64,000 nucleotides of DNA from Paludibacteraceae bacterium (GTDB lineage Bacteria; Bacteroidota; Bacteroidia; Bacteroidales; Paludibacteraceae). A model generated the notes under the pieces. It was not told where the DNA came from. It searched no databases and saw only the letters and a program-made list of their open reading frames with translations. Below are positions 19,701 through 26,454 of the stretch, piece by piece. The position numbers and the translations under genes are program-made. Numbering within the stretch: position 1 is the stretch's first letter; every line of letters starts with the position of its first letter. The DNA is taken from the NCBI GenBank assembly GCA_017443075.1, contig JAFSPC010000065.1, positions 6,413 to 70,412 of the forward strand, given 5' to 3'.

Positions 19701-20541
19701 CGTTGAAAGCCCACTCTCCTATAGACGTGAGACTCGGCGGCAGCGTAACCGACTGAAGTCGGTCACAATTAGAGAAAACACCGGTTCCCAAAGTGGTGAT
19801 TCCCTCCGGCAGCTTAATCGATTCAAAACCGCAATATTCAAAAGCACTGCTCCCGATAAAAGTGACACCCTCCGGTATTGTAATCGCCCCAAGGTAATGA
19901 CATCCGGTGAAAGCATTGTTTCCAATAGAAGTGAGACCATCCGGCAGCGTAATCGCCTCAAGTCGACCGCATTCTCTGAAAACATCCTCTCCTAAAGTAG
20001 TGAGAGTCGGCGGCAGCGTAACCGACTGAAGGTGGTTACAATGGGCGAAAACTTCATTTCCCAAAGTGGTGATTCCTTCCGGCAGTTTAATCGCCTCAAG
20101 TTGCTCACAGTTGAAGAATGCCCGCTCTCCCAAAGTAGTGAGGCTCCCGGGGAGCGTAATCTCCCTAAGGGCTATACAATTCATGAAAGCACTGCTTCCG
20201 ATATAAGTAAGCCCTGAGGGCAACGTAATCGACTCAAGCTTTTCACAGTCAGCGAAAACGTAGTCTCTAATATAAGTGAGACCTTCGGGCAGCGATACCG
20301 AAGTAATACGTGCATTTAATCCTTCGTGCATCCAGGAAGGGTTATCCAACATTGTCCCGGTACCGCTGATGGTTAGCGCACCGGTCGTTTCATCCAACTC
20401 CCATGTCAGGTTATCACCGCATGAGCCGGAGGGGTTTTCTGCCCAACTAAGCCCTATACTTGCCGCGAGGGCGAAGAAGAGGGCAAAGATTTTTCGTTTT
20501 CGTGCCGCTAAGGCGCGAGTAAAAGAAAAAAGTATTTTCAT
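13705..20541 (-). CDS. 2278-aa mosaic cell-surface protein: signal peptide, BspA-type leucine-rich repeats, two FISUMP-like domains, five Ig-like modules, MBG-type repeats, T9SS C-terminal sorting domain
   Basis: LRR units of about 23 aa (L.SVTLP..LT.IG..AF..C..L) span aa ~75-345. The FISUMP-like signature (DLFGW...DWG...GW..L...EW.YL...FLPA.G.R.G......G..G.YWSS.P...GYSVRLV) occurs at aa ~815-1083 and ~1256-1500. MBG-like units (TITA.NKEV.YG...P.......G......D.L.G......YAC.....VG.Y.I.PSG....NY.I..VNGK..V) span aa ~1589-2006. The C-terminus SAYPNPVVNTTTVTIEN...GNYMISVDGIVVKVMKK is a T9SS CTD. Confidence 0.9.
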   Translation of the reverse strand: MKILFSFTRALAARKRKIFALFFALAASIGLSWAENPSGSCGDNLTWELDETTGALTISGTGTMLDNPSWMHEGLNARITSVSLPEGLTYIRDYVFADCEKLESITLPSGLTYIGSSAFMNCIALREITLPGSLTTLGERAFFNCEQLEAIKLPEGITTLGNEVFAHCNHLQSVTLPPTLTTLGEDVFRECGRLEAITLPDGLTSIGNNAFTGCHYLGAITIPEGVTFIGSSAFEYCGFESIKLPEGITTLGTGVFSNCDRLQSVTLPPSLTSIGEWAFNGCWNLASVTLPESVTSIGANAFTYCGLTSMTLPAGVTTIGEEAFAYCYGLTEFTNKAATPQTISANVFSEVTLSNITLNVPGTSKAAYEAADVWKDFGTKAAIPAAITKTITDNGMTYDIYDNGLVMVSGTGIVAARIFAANDHDYVPSVKRFEFADDCKVYSFGENWYMYYTSNSPFEAADIKTTLPFVAGRQSVFYRKGSDESVTVTITAPAIASIDKDFVANYGTPQHIIFNTPVTTFEKSWCSYLREIDTVTIPTGSLYHLPASYVFKDEYTQFSYDNLAADGMEEMFWQYDGSGLVEGVDYTRTEEETGVITAENETKVFGKAVVKYQAPQEAPATSWTFWRSDDFKTFPELENGSSHTCKDVTLKIVDGSFINMSGIYITLSTSTTNGIQLIAPKGKIFKQVIALDRSLRTSLIWTGEADTVGISSSLMQISLIEFELDAAPALPEAVAGLVYTGAAQTLIAAGEAAGYTFQYKVGENGEYSADLPTATDAGTYTVYYKATAEGKEDITGSVEVSIAKADINLGGSEGALKGKFFVAGGKVVYFSQGNLQYNSNTQAWQFAGNQYDYVGDAAGNTSVIDDGIENNNGIVDLFGWVGASSTWTGLKQYGITALDDAAMNVTDGYGNSDSEALKSDWGTTMGEGWFTLSTEQWTYLFNTRTGDKAATVNSVADCRYTQATINTDGSAVRGIILFPDGGTFAASEFTEVGSPNTANANYTTTCTTAQWTALQTKGCVFLPAAGNRVGTSMTAAGWAGFYWSSSPDPFDMSSAYCAYFGPDNVNPAINDFRFCGYSVRLVTETAPASVTLPKAVAGLTANGEAQTLITAGECEDGTLYYSLDKENWSTDLPTGTGAQDYTVYYYVKGDANHNDSEVNSLTASIGTLPQALLGLVYTGEAQTLVTAGDVEGFTYQYKVGDAEYSTDLPTATDAGSYTVYYKATAAGEQDITGSLNATIAKADIDVNGGGASEAPEGALKGAFSVADGKVVNFSKGNLQATTADLGANWTWAFAANQYDLIGSAVANTKINDNGTVSANGTVDLFGWSTTSTYYGIYNNNSSSTYSGEFKDWGATMGAGWRTLTKDEWAYLLNTRTNAADKLSQAIVNGVRGLVVLPDDWTLPEGCSFTAGSENSFESNEYFAEGAVNNWSAMEAAGAIFLPAVGLRDGTSVSDVGSAGLYWSSTPSSSTISYDLCFTASACLPENSYYLHYGLSVRLVTETALASSVTLPQAVEELVYTSDKQALISAGECADGTFLYKVGENGTWVDTLPKVTDAGAYQVYYKIQGDANHNDYIAAEPLEVSIAKAALTITAENKEVVYGYAAPGFSVSYSGLKGSDLPADVLTGELSYACDYTVGSNVASYDVTPSGQTSANYDITYVNGKLVVYKADPAFTEPVANTLTYNGGAQTLVAAGTTEHGTFEYTFTPNDDESWNTALPQAKNADTYGVYYRVVGDANHLDYESADAVVVTIAKAALTATADNKEVIYGDAVPEYTVTYEGWQGEDNADVLSGTIAYACEYAPTSNVGDYDIIPSGVSNPDYAITFVNGKVTVSKAALTITADDKSVIYGDEAPLYTAKFEGFKNEDDELELDVMDYVCAYEQGSPVGTYTITPAAEDINYEITVVPATLTVNKATVYVSGAEAQIAKFEDGNTNAVVLNAGQLEGVQLNDAVAHKTTASFSDASVGEGKTITLFYELTGDAELLANYDLTPASDVFSAEGVIIEKFIPDNNPDEKDDEAEVKEGIEVHAYGYCDGSGYSLRYHLNSGNPDQYKIEFADPRFTDVDWTNLTTPGKDGIIDIEIPVDMPTGDYTFTATFRDSRFDWLESNALNVTFHVNLPETYVVALFDDVMAVVDTCECLTDIQWYWRANSTDQWQAIEGATGYYYKQEGGLSGEYFIHAKMNGVPTYTCPQEDLSLYGDTKQAKVSAYPNPVVNTTTVTIENSYNYEHTLRVVNFNGWEVLRSTFEGNETKVDMGGYMQGNYMISVDGIVVKVMKK

Positions 20542-20849
20542 TTTCTTTTGTTTTTATTGTTAAACTTGTTGTTAATTTATTCTGTTGTTTTGTTGTTGTT
20601 TTCCTTCAGTCAAAAATTATCAACAATTATCCAAAAATTTCTTTTATCCGCTTAATCTGTGGACAAAATAATATATGCTAAAAAAAGGCAGCGCATAGTA
20701 CGAGACTACACGCTGCATTGATGCTGCGAATTCATTGATATTCTTTATGTTGCATCCATTCGTAATGGGGGGGGGTAAAATTGAACATGCTATTTGTAGT
20801 GAGTGTCATAGAGGGGTATATTTTTTCAAATCTTTTTTCAAATCCAGTA

Positions 20850-20857
20850 CAAAGGTA
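20850..20857 (-). promoter_or_regulatory. minus-strand -7 box (TACCTTTG), candidate promoter of the giant surface-protein gene
   Basis: caaaggta is the reverse complement of TACCTTTG, an exact TAnnTTTG with a T-rich upstream region. It lies about 310 nt upstream of the ATG at 20541. Confidence 0.4.
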
Positions 20858-21317
20858 CAAATTTTTTTTGACATGTGCAAGTTTTTAGACCATAAAAGTT
20901 TAAGTTTGTTAACTTTTTTCGGGTTTTGATGACAAAATCAGCAGATTTTTGGGAATAAAAAGAGTATTTCCTGTTAGGAGACTCCGGCAACAGAGAATGT
21001 GGAAATGACGGTCTGGGGGAACTTCGCGCTCGCGTTCGGCAACAAGGTCGCAAAAGGTCTATACCGCTCCGCTAAACGCATCGGCAGACATGGCGGGAGG
21101 TTTATCCCTTACGCCATGTCAGTTGCCTTGTGCTGCCACTATGCCGATTTTGACATGACAAGATAGCGATATGTTCGTTTTTTGGCAGATAAAAGCGGTT
21201 GGGCACGATTTTTGTTGAGTATTTTAAGGCGGATATGCTGATTTTTAATATAGCATTCTGCGAGCCCAAGACTGAGTGGAAATAAAAAATAAAGGAAATT
21301 AAAAATAACTAAAAGAT

Positions 21318-21632
21318 ATGGTACAAGAAATTACTGATTCAAACCTTAAAGATCTGTTGGCCGAGGGCAAGCCTATGGTGGTAGATTGCTGGGCGCCATG
21401 GTGTGGTCCGTGCAAGATGATGCATCCTGTGATTGACGAGTTGGCAGCGGACTACGATGGTCGCGTAATCATCGGCAAGCTGAATGTTGACGAGAACAGC
21501 GAGACCTGCGAGCAGTACGGCATTATGAATATCCCGACCATTCTATTCTTCAAGAACGGCGAGTTGGTTAACCGCAGCGTAGGTTACACGCCCAAGGCGC
21601 GCATCCAGCCGCTGGTAGAGGCACTGCTGTAA
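21318..21632 (+). CDS. trxA: thioredoxin
   Basis: 104 aa with the WCGPC active site (WAPWCGPCK) and typical thioredoxin length and fold pattern. Confidence 0.93.
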   Translation: MVQEITDSNLKDLLAEGKPMVVDCWAPWCGPCKMMHPVIDELAADYDGRVIIGKLNVDENSETCEQYGIMNIPTILFFKNGELVNRSVGYTPKARIQPLVEALL

Positions 21633-21661
21633 GCGATGCCGTAACACGGCAAGCGCCGTGG

Positions 21662-21735
21662 GGTTCGGTAGCTCAGCTGGATAGAGCAACAGCCTTCTAA
21701 GCTGTGGGTCCCGGGTTCGAATCCCGGCCGAATCA
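21662..21735 (+). tRNA. tRNA-Arg (anticodon TCT)
   Basis: GGTTCGG-TA-GCTC-AGCTGGATA-GAGC-A-ACAGC-CTTCTAA-GCTGT-GGGTC-CCGGG-TTCGAAT-CCCGG-CCGAATC-A. This is a full cloverleaf with no encoded CCA. Confidence 0.92.
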
Positions 21736-21741
21736 CACGCC

Positions 21742-22140
21742 TTCGGCAAGGCGGTCGCATCGGATGCCGCTCGGCGGCATAAAGGCGACGCCTGCCTCGG
21801 CTCTCCGAAAAACAACGCAGCGCGTTCTTTTTCGGGCATGGCAACCTAAGGGGTGCGTTGGGTGGCACGAACGGCACTTGTGTTCCGCAAGGCGGTCGCA
21901 TCGGATGCCGCTTGGCGGCATAAAGGCGACGCCTGCCTCGGCTCTCCGAAAAACAACGCAGCGCGTTCTTTTTCGGGCATGGCAACCTTGCGGTTGCGTG
22001 GGGGGGGAAGGAACGGCACTTGTGTTCGGCAAGGCGGTCGCATCAGATGCCGCTCGGCGGCATAAAGGCGACGCCTGCCTCGGCTCTCCGAAAAACAACG
22101 CAGGCGCGTTCTTTTTCGGGCAGGGCAACCTTGCGGTTGC
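21742..22140 (+). repeat. three tandem ~141-bp repeats with conserved nested hairpins (candidate structured RNA array)
   Basis: The ttcSgcaaggcggtcgcatc core starts at 21742, 21883 and 22025, giving periods of 141 and 142 bp. Roughly 100 nt are near-identical in all copies, followed by a divergent segment of about 21 nt. Confidence 0.9.
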
Positions 22141-22256
22141 TGCTGAGTGAGGTGATGCTACCTCACTATGCGGTATGCATATAAGGGTTGCAGGATATAA
22201 GGGGTGGAGGACGATTGTGTTGCAAAAGATAGGATACAAAGATTGAACGAAAATAT

Positions 22257-23123
22257 ATGCGTCAATTAAAAATTACAAAATCAATCACCAACCGTGAGTC
22301 ACAATCGCTGGACAAGTTTCTTCAGGAGATTGGTCGCGAAGAACTGATCTCGGTAGAGGAAGAGGTGGAGCTGGCGGGACGTATTCGCAATGGCGATATG
22401 GAAGCTCGCGAGAGGCTGGTGAATGCCAACCTGCGATTCGTAGTATCAGTGGCTAAACAGTACCAGAACCAAGGACTCAGTCTGCCTGACCTAATCAACG
22501 AGGGGAACGTCGGTCTGATAAAAGCCGCGGAGAAGTTCGACGAGACACGCGGATTCAAGTTTATCTCCTACGCCGTATGGTGGATTCGTCAGGCTATTCT
22601 TCAGGCATTGGCTGAGCAGGCACGTATCGTCCGCTTGCCGCTGAACCAGGTAGGGTCGCTCAACAAGATTCAGAAGGCATACTCGCGTTTTGAGCAGGAG
22701 TACGAACGTCGTCCGTCAGCAGAAGAGCTGGCTGAAGAGTTGGATATGCCAGTTGACAAGATTGCCGAAGTGCTGCGAATGCAAGGCCGTCATGTCAGCA
22801 TGGACGCTCCGTTCGTGGACGGCGAGGACAATAGTCTGATAGATGTGATGGAGAATCAGGACTCCCCCCGTGCTGACCGCGGTCTGATAAACGAATCCCT
22901 CACTCAAGAGATTGATCGTGCGTTGGCTACGCTGAGCGACCGCGAGCAACGTATCATCCGTAAGTTCTTCGGTGTAGGCAAAGGCGTGCAGGAGAAGACA
23001 TTGGAAGAGATCGGTGCAGAGGAAGGTCTGACGCGTGAGCGCGTGCGCCAGATTAAGGAGAAAGCACTGCACAATCTGGCAATGAACTCCAGAAGCAAGG
23101 TTCTGCGGACATATCTCGGATAA
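22257..23123 (+). CDS. rpoD: primary RNA polymerase sigma factor (sigma-70 family, Bacteroidetes SigA type)
   Basis: 288 aa. Region 2 is [35 protein letters not shown]. Regions 3 and 4 (TLEEIG...[15 protein letters not shown]) are also present. Confidence 0.92.
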   Translation: MRQLKITKSITNRESQSLDKFLQEIGREELISVEEEVELAGRIRNGDMEARERLVNANLRFVVSVAKQYQNQGLSLPDLINEGNVGLIKAAEKFDETRGFKFISYAVWWIRQAILQALAEQARIVRLPLNQVGSLNKIQKAYSRFEQEYERRPSAEELAEELDMPVDKIAEVLRMQGRHVSMDAPFVDGEDNSLIDVMENQDSPRADRGLINESLTQEIDRALATLSDREQRIIRKFFGVGKGVQEKTLEEIGAEEGLTRERVRQIKEKALHNLAMNSRSKVLRTYLG

Positions 23124-23205
23124 TGTACAATTGATAAATGACAAATGATATTTCGCAATCACAGAGAAATGTCGATTATCCGTTATCCATTATCAATTTA
23201 AGCCT

Positions 23206-24426
23206 ATGGCGAACAAGCGAAAGATCATCAACGATCCTGTATTCGGGTTCATATCCATACCCAACGAACTTATCTACGACGTACTGCAGCACCCCTATGT
23301 GCAACGTCTGAATCGCATACGACAACTCGGCTTGTCGTATGTCGTTTATCCCGGTGCGCAGCACAGCAGGTTCCTTCACTCGATAGGCGCTATGCACCTG
23401 ATGAGCGATGCCATAGCCTCGCTACGGCAGAAGGGTATAGATATAACACCGGCTGAGGCCAACGGTGCGATGATAGCCATCCTGCTGCACGACATCGGTC
23501 ATGCTCCGTTCTCACACGTGATGGAGCACACTCTGATAGAGGGCATAACACACGAAGAGGTGTCGCTGATCATGATGGAGCAAATCAATCAACAGATGCA
23601 CGGCGCGCTGGATACGGCAATCGCCATCTTCCGCAACAAGTACCACAAGCATTTCTTGCACCAGTTGATATCCTCGCAGTTCGACATGGATAGGATGGAC
23701 TATCTGTGTCGTGACTCGTTTTTTACGGGAGTGACGGAGGGTAGCGTGGCATCGGCACGACTGATCAAGATGCTGAACGTAGTGGATGACAGGCTGGTGA
23801 TAGAGGCCAAAGGCATCTATTCGGTAGAGAAGTTCCTGATAGCCCGCAGGCTGATGTATTGGCAGGTGTACTTGCACAAGACCTCGGTTGCAGCCGAGCA
23901 GCAACTAATCAAGATCCTTGAGCGCGCCAAGCATCTGGCTGACCAAGATGTAGAGTTGTTCTGTCCGCCGGCGTTGCATTACTTCCTATACCGCCATCTG
24001 ACCGGCAGTGCGTTTGCACACGACAGTTTTGCCCTGCAGCAGTACGCCCTGCTTGACGATTCGGATATCCTGTCCTCAATCAAGGCGTGGCAGGCGCATC
24101 CTGACAAGCCACTCAGTCTGCTGGCACAAGCGTTCATCAACCGCCGTCTATTCAAGGGCAGGCTGCTCGGCGAGCCACTGGCAGCCGACGAGCGCAATAG
24201 CATGCTGTGCCAATATGCCGACAGATTAGGCGTAACAGTGGAGGATGCGGCATATTTCTTTCAGGAGCACGTATCCACATCGAACACGTACTCGGAGAAA
24301 GATGACAGCATCGATATCCTGTACAACGACGGCATGGTCAGAAACATAGCTGAAGCCTCAGAGATGCTGAATCTGCAAACGCTGACATACAAGCCGCAAA
24401 AGTTATATCTGTTCTATTACCAATAG
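23206..24426 (+). CDS. HD-domain phosphohydrolase (dNTP triphosphohydrolase-like)
   Basis: 406 aa with HSRFLHSIGAMHL and LLHDIGHAPFSH (the HD motif) and MDRMDYLCRD. Confidence 0.8.
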   Translation: MANKRKIINDPVFGFISIPNELIYDVLQHPYVQRLNRIRQLGLSYVVYPGAQHSRFLHSIGAMHLMSDAIASLRQKGIDITPAEANGAMIAILLHDIGHAPFSHVMEHTLIEGITHEEVSLIMMEQINQQMHGALDTAIAIFRNKYHKHFLHQLISSQFDMDRMDYLCRDSFFTGVTEGSVASARLIKMLNVVDDRLVIEAKGIYSVEKFLIARRLMYWQVYLHKTSVAAEQQLIKILERAKHLADQDVELFCPPALHYFLYRHLTGSAFAHDSFALQQYALLDDSDILSSIKAWQAHPDKPLSLLAQAFINRRLFKGRLLGEPLAADERNSMLCQYADRLGVTVEDAAYFFQEHVSTSNTYSEKDDSIDILYNDGMVRNIAEASEMLNLQTLTYKPQKLYLFYYQ

Positions 24427-24467
24427 ACGGAATTATCATTCGTAACATTACTTCATACTTTCATTAG

Positions 24468-25499
24468 ATGCAATTTACAGCCCAACAGATAGCCGCGTTT
24501 GTCAGCGGCGAGATAATAGGTAACGCTTCGGTAGAGGTGCACGACGTCAGTCCGATAGAGCAAGGTCGTGCAGGTACGTTGTCGTACGTTACCGACCATC
24601 GGTTTGCAGCCGCCCTGTCCGACACCGAGGCATCGGTGGTGCTACTGACGCGCGAGCTATACGATGCCGCGCAGACCTATCGCCCTACCCTCATATTGGT
24701 AGATAACGCCCGTCAGGCTATCGGCCAGCTACTGCAAGGCGTAGCAGAGTTCCTGCGTCCGCGCAAGCGTGGCATTGAGCAGCCGGCGTTTGTAGCTGAA
24801 GGTACGGCAGTGCCTGAAGATGCCTACATCGGCGCGTTCGCCTACGTAGGCAAAGGGGTGAAGATCGGCAAGGGCGTACAGATATACCCGCAATCCTACA
24901 TCGGGGATTACACCACTATCGGCGACAACACCATCGTATATGCGGGTGTCAAGGTGTATGACCACTGCACTATCGGGCGCGACTGCATCCTGCATTCCGG
25001 CTGTGTGATAGGCGCTGACGGCTTTGGCTTTGAGCCTGACGCACAGGGCATCAATCACAAGATCCCGCAGATAGGCACCGTGGTGATAGAGGATGATGTG
25101 GAGATAGGCGCCAACACAACCATTGACCGCGCGATGATGGGTGAGACGCGCGTGAGCAGGAATGTGAAGGTGGATAACCTCGTACAGGTGGCACACAACG
25201 TGCATGTAGGCGACTCCACGTTCCTATGCTCGCAAGTGGGCATAGCCGGCTCAACCTCGATAGGCAAGCATTGCATACTGGCAGGTCAGGTGGGTGTAGC
25301 CAATCGCCTGAACATTGCCGACAACGTTGTACTGGGTGCACAAGCCGGTGTGGCAGGCTCACTGAGTAAGGCCGGCAGCTACCAAGGCACACCGGCTATC
25401 GATGCCATGAACTGGCGCAGGTCGAGTGTCGTGTTCAAGAACCTGCCAGAGTTGAAACGCACGGTGGACGAACTAACCAAACAATCCAAACAAGACTAA
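24468..25499 (+). CDS. lpxD: UDP-3-O-acylglucosamine N-acyltransferase
   Basis: 343 aa with an N-terminal LpxD domain and left-handed beta-helix hexapeptide repeats. It sits immediately upstream of lpxC and lpxA. Confidence 0.9.
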   Translation: MQFTAQQIAAFVSGEIIGNASVEVHDVSPIEQGRAGTLSYVTDHRFAAALSDTEASVVLLTRELYDAAQTYRPTLILVDNARQAIGQLLQGVAEFLRPRKRGIEQPAFVAEGTAVPEDAYIGAFAYVGKGVKIGKGVQIYPQSYIGDYTTIGDNTIVYAGVKVYDHCTIGRDCILHSGCVIGADGFGFEPDAQGINHKIPQIGTVVIEDDVEIGANTTIDRAMMGETRVSRNVKVDNLVQVAHNVHVGDSTFLCSQVGIAGSTSIGKHCILAGQVGVANRLNIADNVVLGAQAGVAGSLSKAGSYQGTPAIDAMNWRRSSVVFKNLPELKRTVDELTKQSKQD

Positions 25500-25502
25500 C
25501 AG

Positions 25503-26411
25503 ATGAAACAGCATACATTAGCCCGCCCGTTCAGCGTAGAGGGCAAAGGCTTACATACCGGCGTATATATACACGCCACCTTCGAACCCGCAGCAGACAA
25601 TTACGGCATCTGCCTGCGCCGCACTGACCTGCCCGACCAGCCTACCCACCACGCCTACGCGGATTACGTATCCGCCACTGAGCGCGGCACCGTACTGGAG
25701 CACGGCAGCTGGCGTATATCCACCGTTGAGCATGCCTTGTCCGCATTGTTCGCCATGGGGATAGATAACTGCCTGATTAGCGTCGATGGTCCAGAGATGC
25801 CTATCTTGGATGGCAGTGCCATGCCGTTTGTCAAGGCTATACAGGAGGCAGGCATTACCGAGCAGGAGTCGGATGCCGAAGTGTATGTGGTAACCGAACC
25901 GATAGAGTTCGTGTCTGAACACGGTAACCGCTTGCTACTGCTACCAAGTGACGAATATAAGATTGAGGTGCAAGTGTGCTACCCTTCGCAGATACTAAAA
26001 CGCCAAAAAGCTGAACTGACCAACCTGAGCGATTATCCAAAGGAGATAGCCTCGGCACGAACGTTCTGTTTTGTGCGCGAGATTGAGCCGCTGCTGCGAC
26101 TGGGACTAATCAAAGGCGGTGATCTGAAGAACGCACTCGTCATCTACGAAACGCCGATGTCGCAAGAAGGCTTGGATTATCTGACCGACAAACTCGGGCA
26201 GCCACATCTGGATGCCACCAAACTGGGGTACTTGTCCCCCATCCACTACCACAACGAACCCGCAAGGCACAAACTGCTGGATATAATGGGCGACCTGACG
26301 CTGGTGGGATGCCGGCTGCAGGCACGAATCATTGCCGAGAAACCCGGACATACATTCAATACCTCCTGCGCCAAGCAATTGCGCAACAAGATTTATCCGA
26401 AGCAAATATAA
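25503..26411 (+). CDS. lpxC: UDP-3-O-acyl-N-acetylglucosamine deacetylase (stand-alone, no FabZ fusion)
   Basis: 302 aa with GKGLHTG, TVEHALSAL and the HK..D..GDL motif (ARHKLLDIMGDL). The ORF stops 43 nt before lpxA. Confidence 0.88.
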   Translation: MKQHTLARPFSVEGKGLHTGVYIHATFEPAADNYGICLRRTDLPDQPTHHAYADYVSATERGTVLEHGSWRISTVEHALSALFAMGIDNCLISVDGPEMPILDGSAMPFVKAIQEAGITEQESDAEVYVVTEPIEFVSEHGNRLLLLPSDEYKIEVQVCYPSQILKRQKAELTNLSDYPKEIASARTFCFVREIEPLLRLGLIKGGDLKNALVIYETPMSQEGLDYLTDKLGQPHLDATKLGYLSPIHYHNEPARHKLLDIMGDLTLVGCRLQARIIAEKPGHTFNTSCAKQLRNKIYPKQI

Positions 26412-26454
26412 AGTCATAAACTACAGATTGTAAATTATTAAATCACAAACCAAT

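Noticed and set aside
21742-22140. Possible CRISPR array, since it has repeats with variable segments
   Set aside because: The conserved unit is about 120 nt and the variable part only about 21 nt. There are just three copies and no cas genes in the window. The architecture is a long tandem repeat with a divergent hotspot, not a repeat-spacer array.
21543-22239. Track ORFs 21704..22150(+), 21733..22239(-), 21584..21985(-), 21846..22043(-), 21853..22065(+) and 21543..21839(-) as repeat-containing proteins
   Set aside because: Several frames on both strands are open at once. The frame changes between repeat copies (142-bp period plus a 1-nt indel). Some of these ORFs overlap the tRNA-Arg gene. 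Openness here reflects a GC-rich, stop-poor repeat rather than coding.
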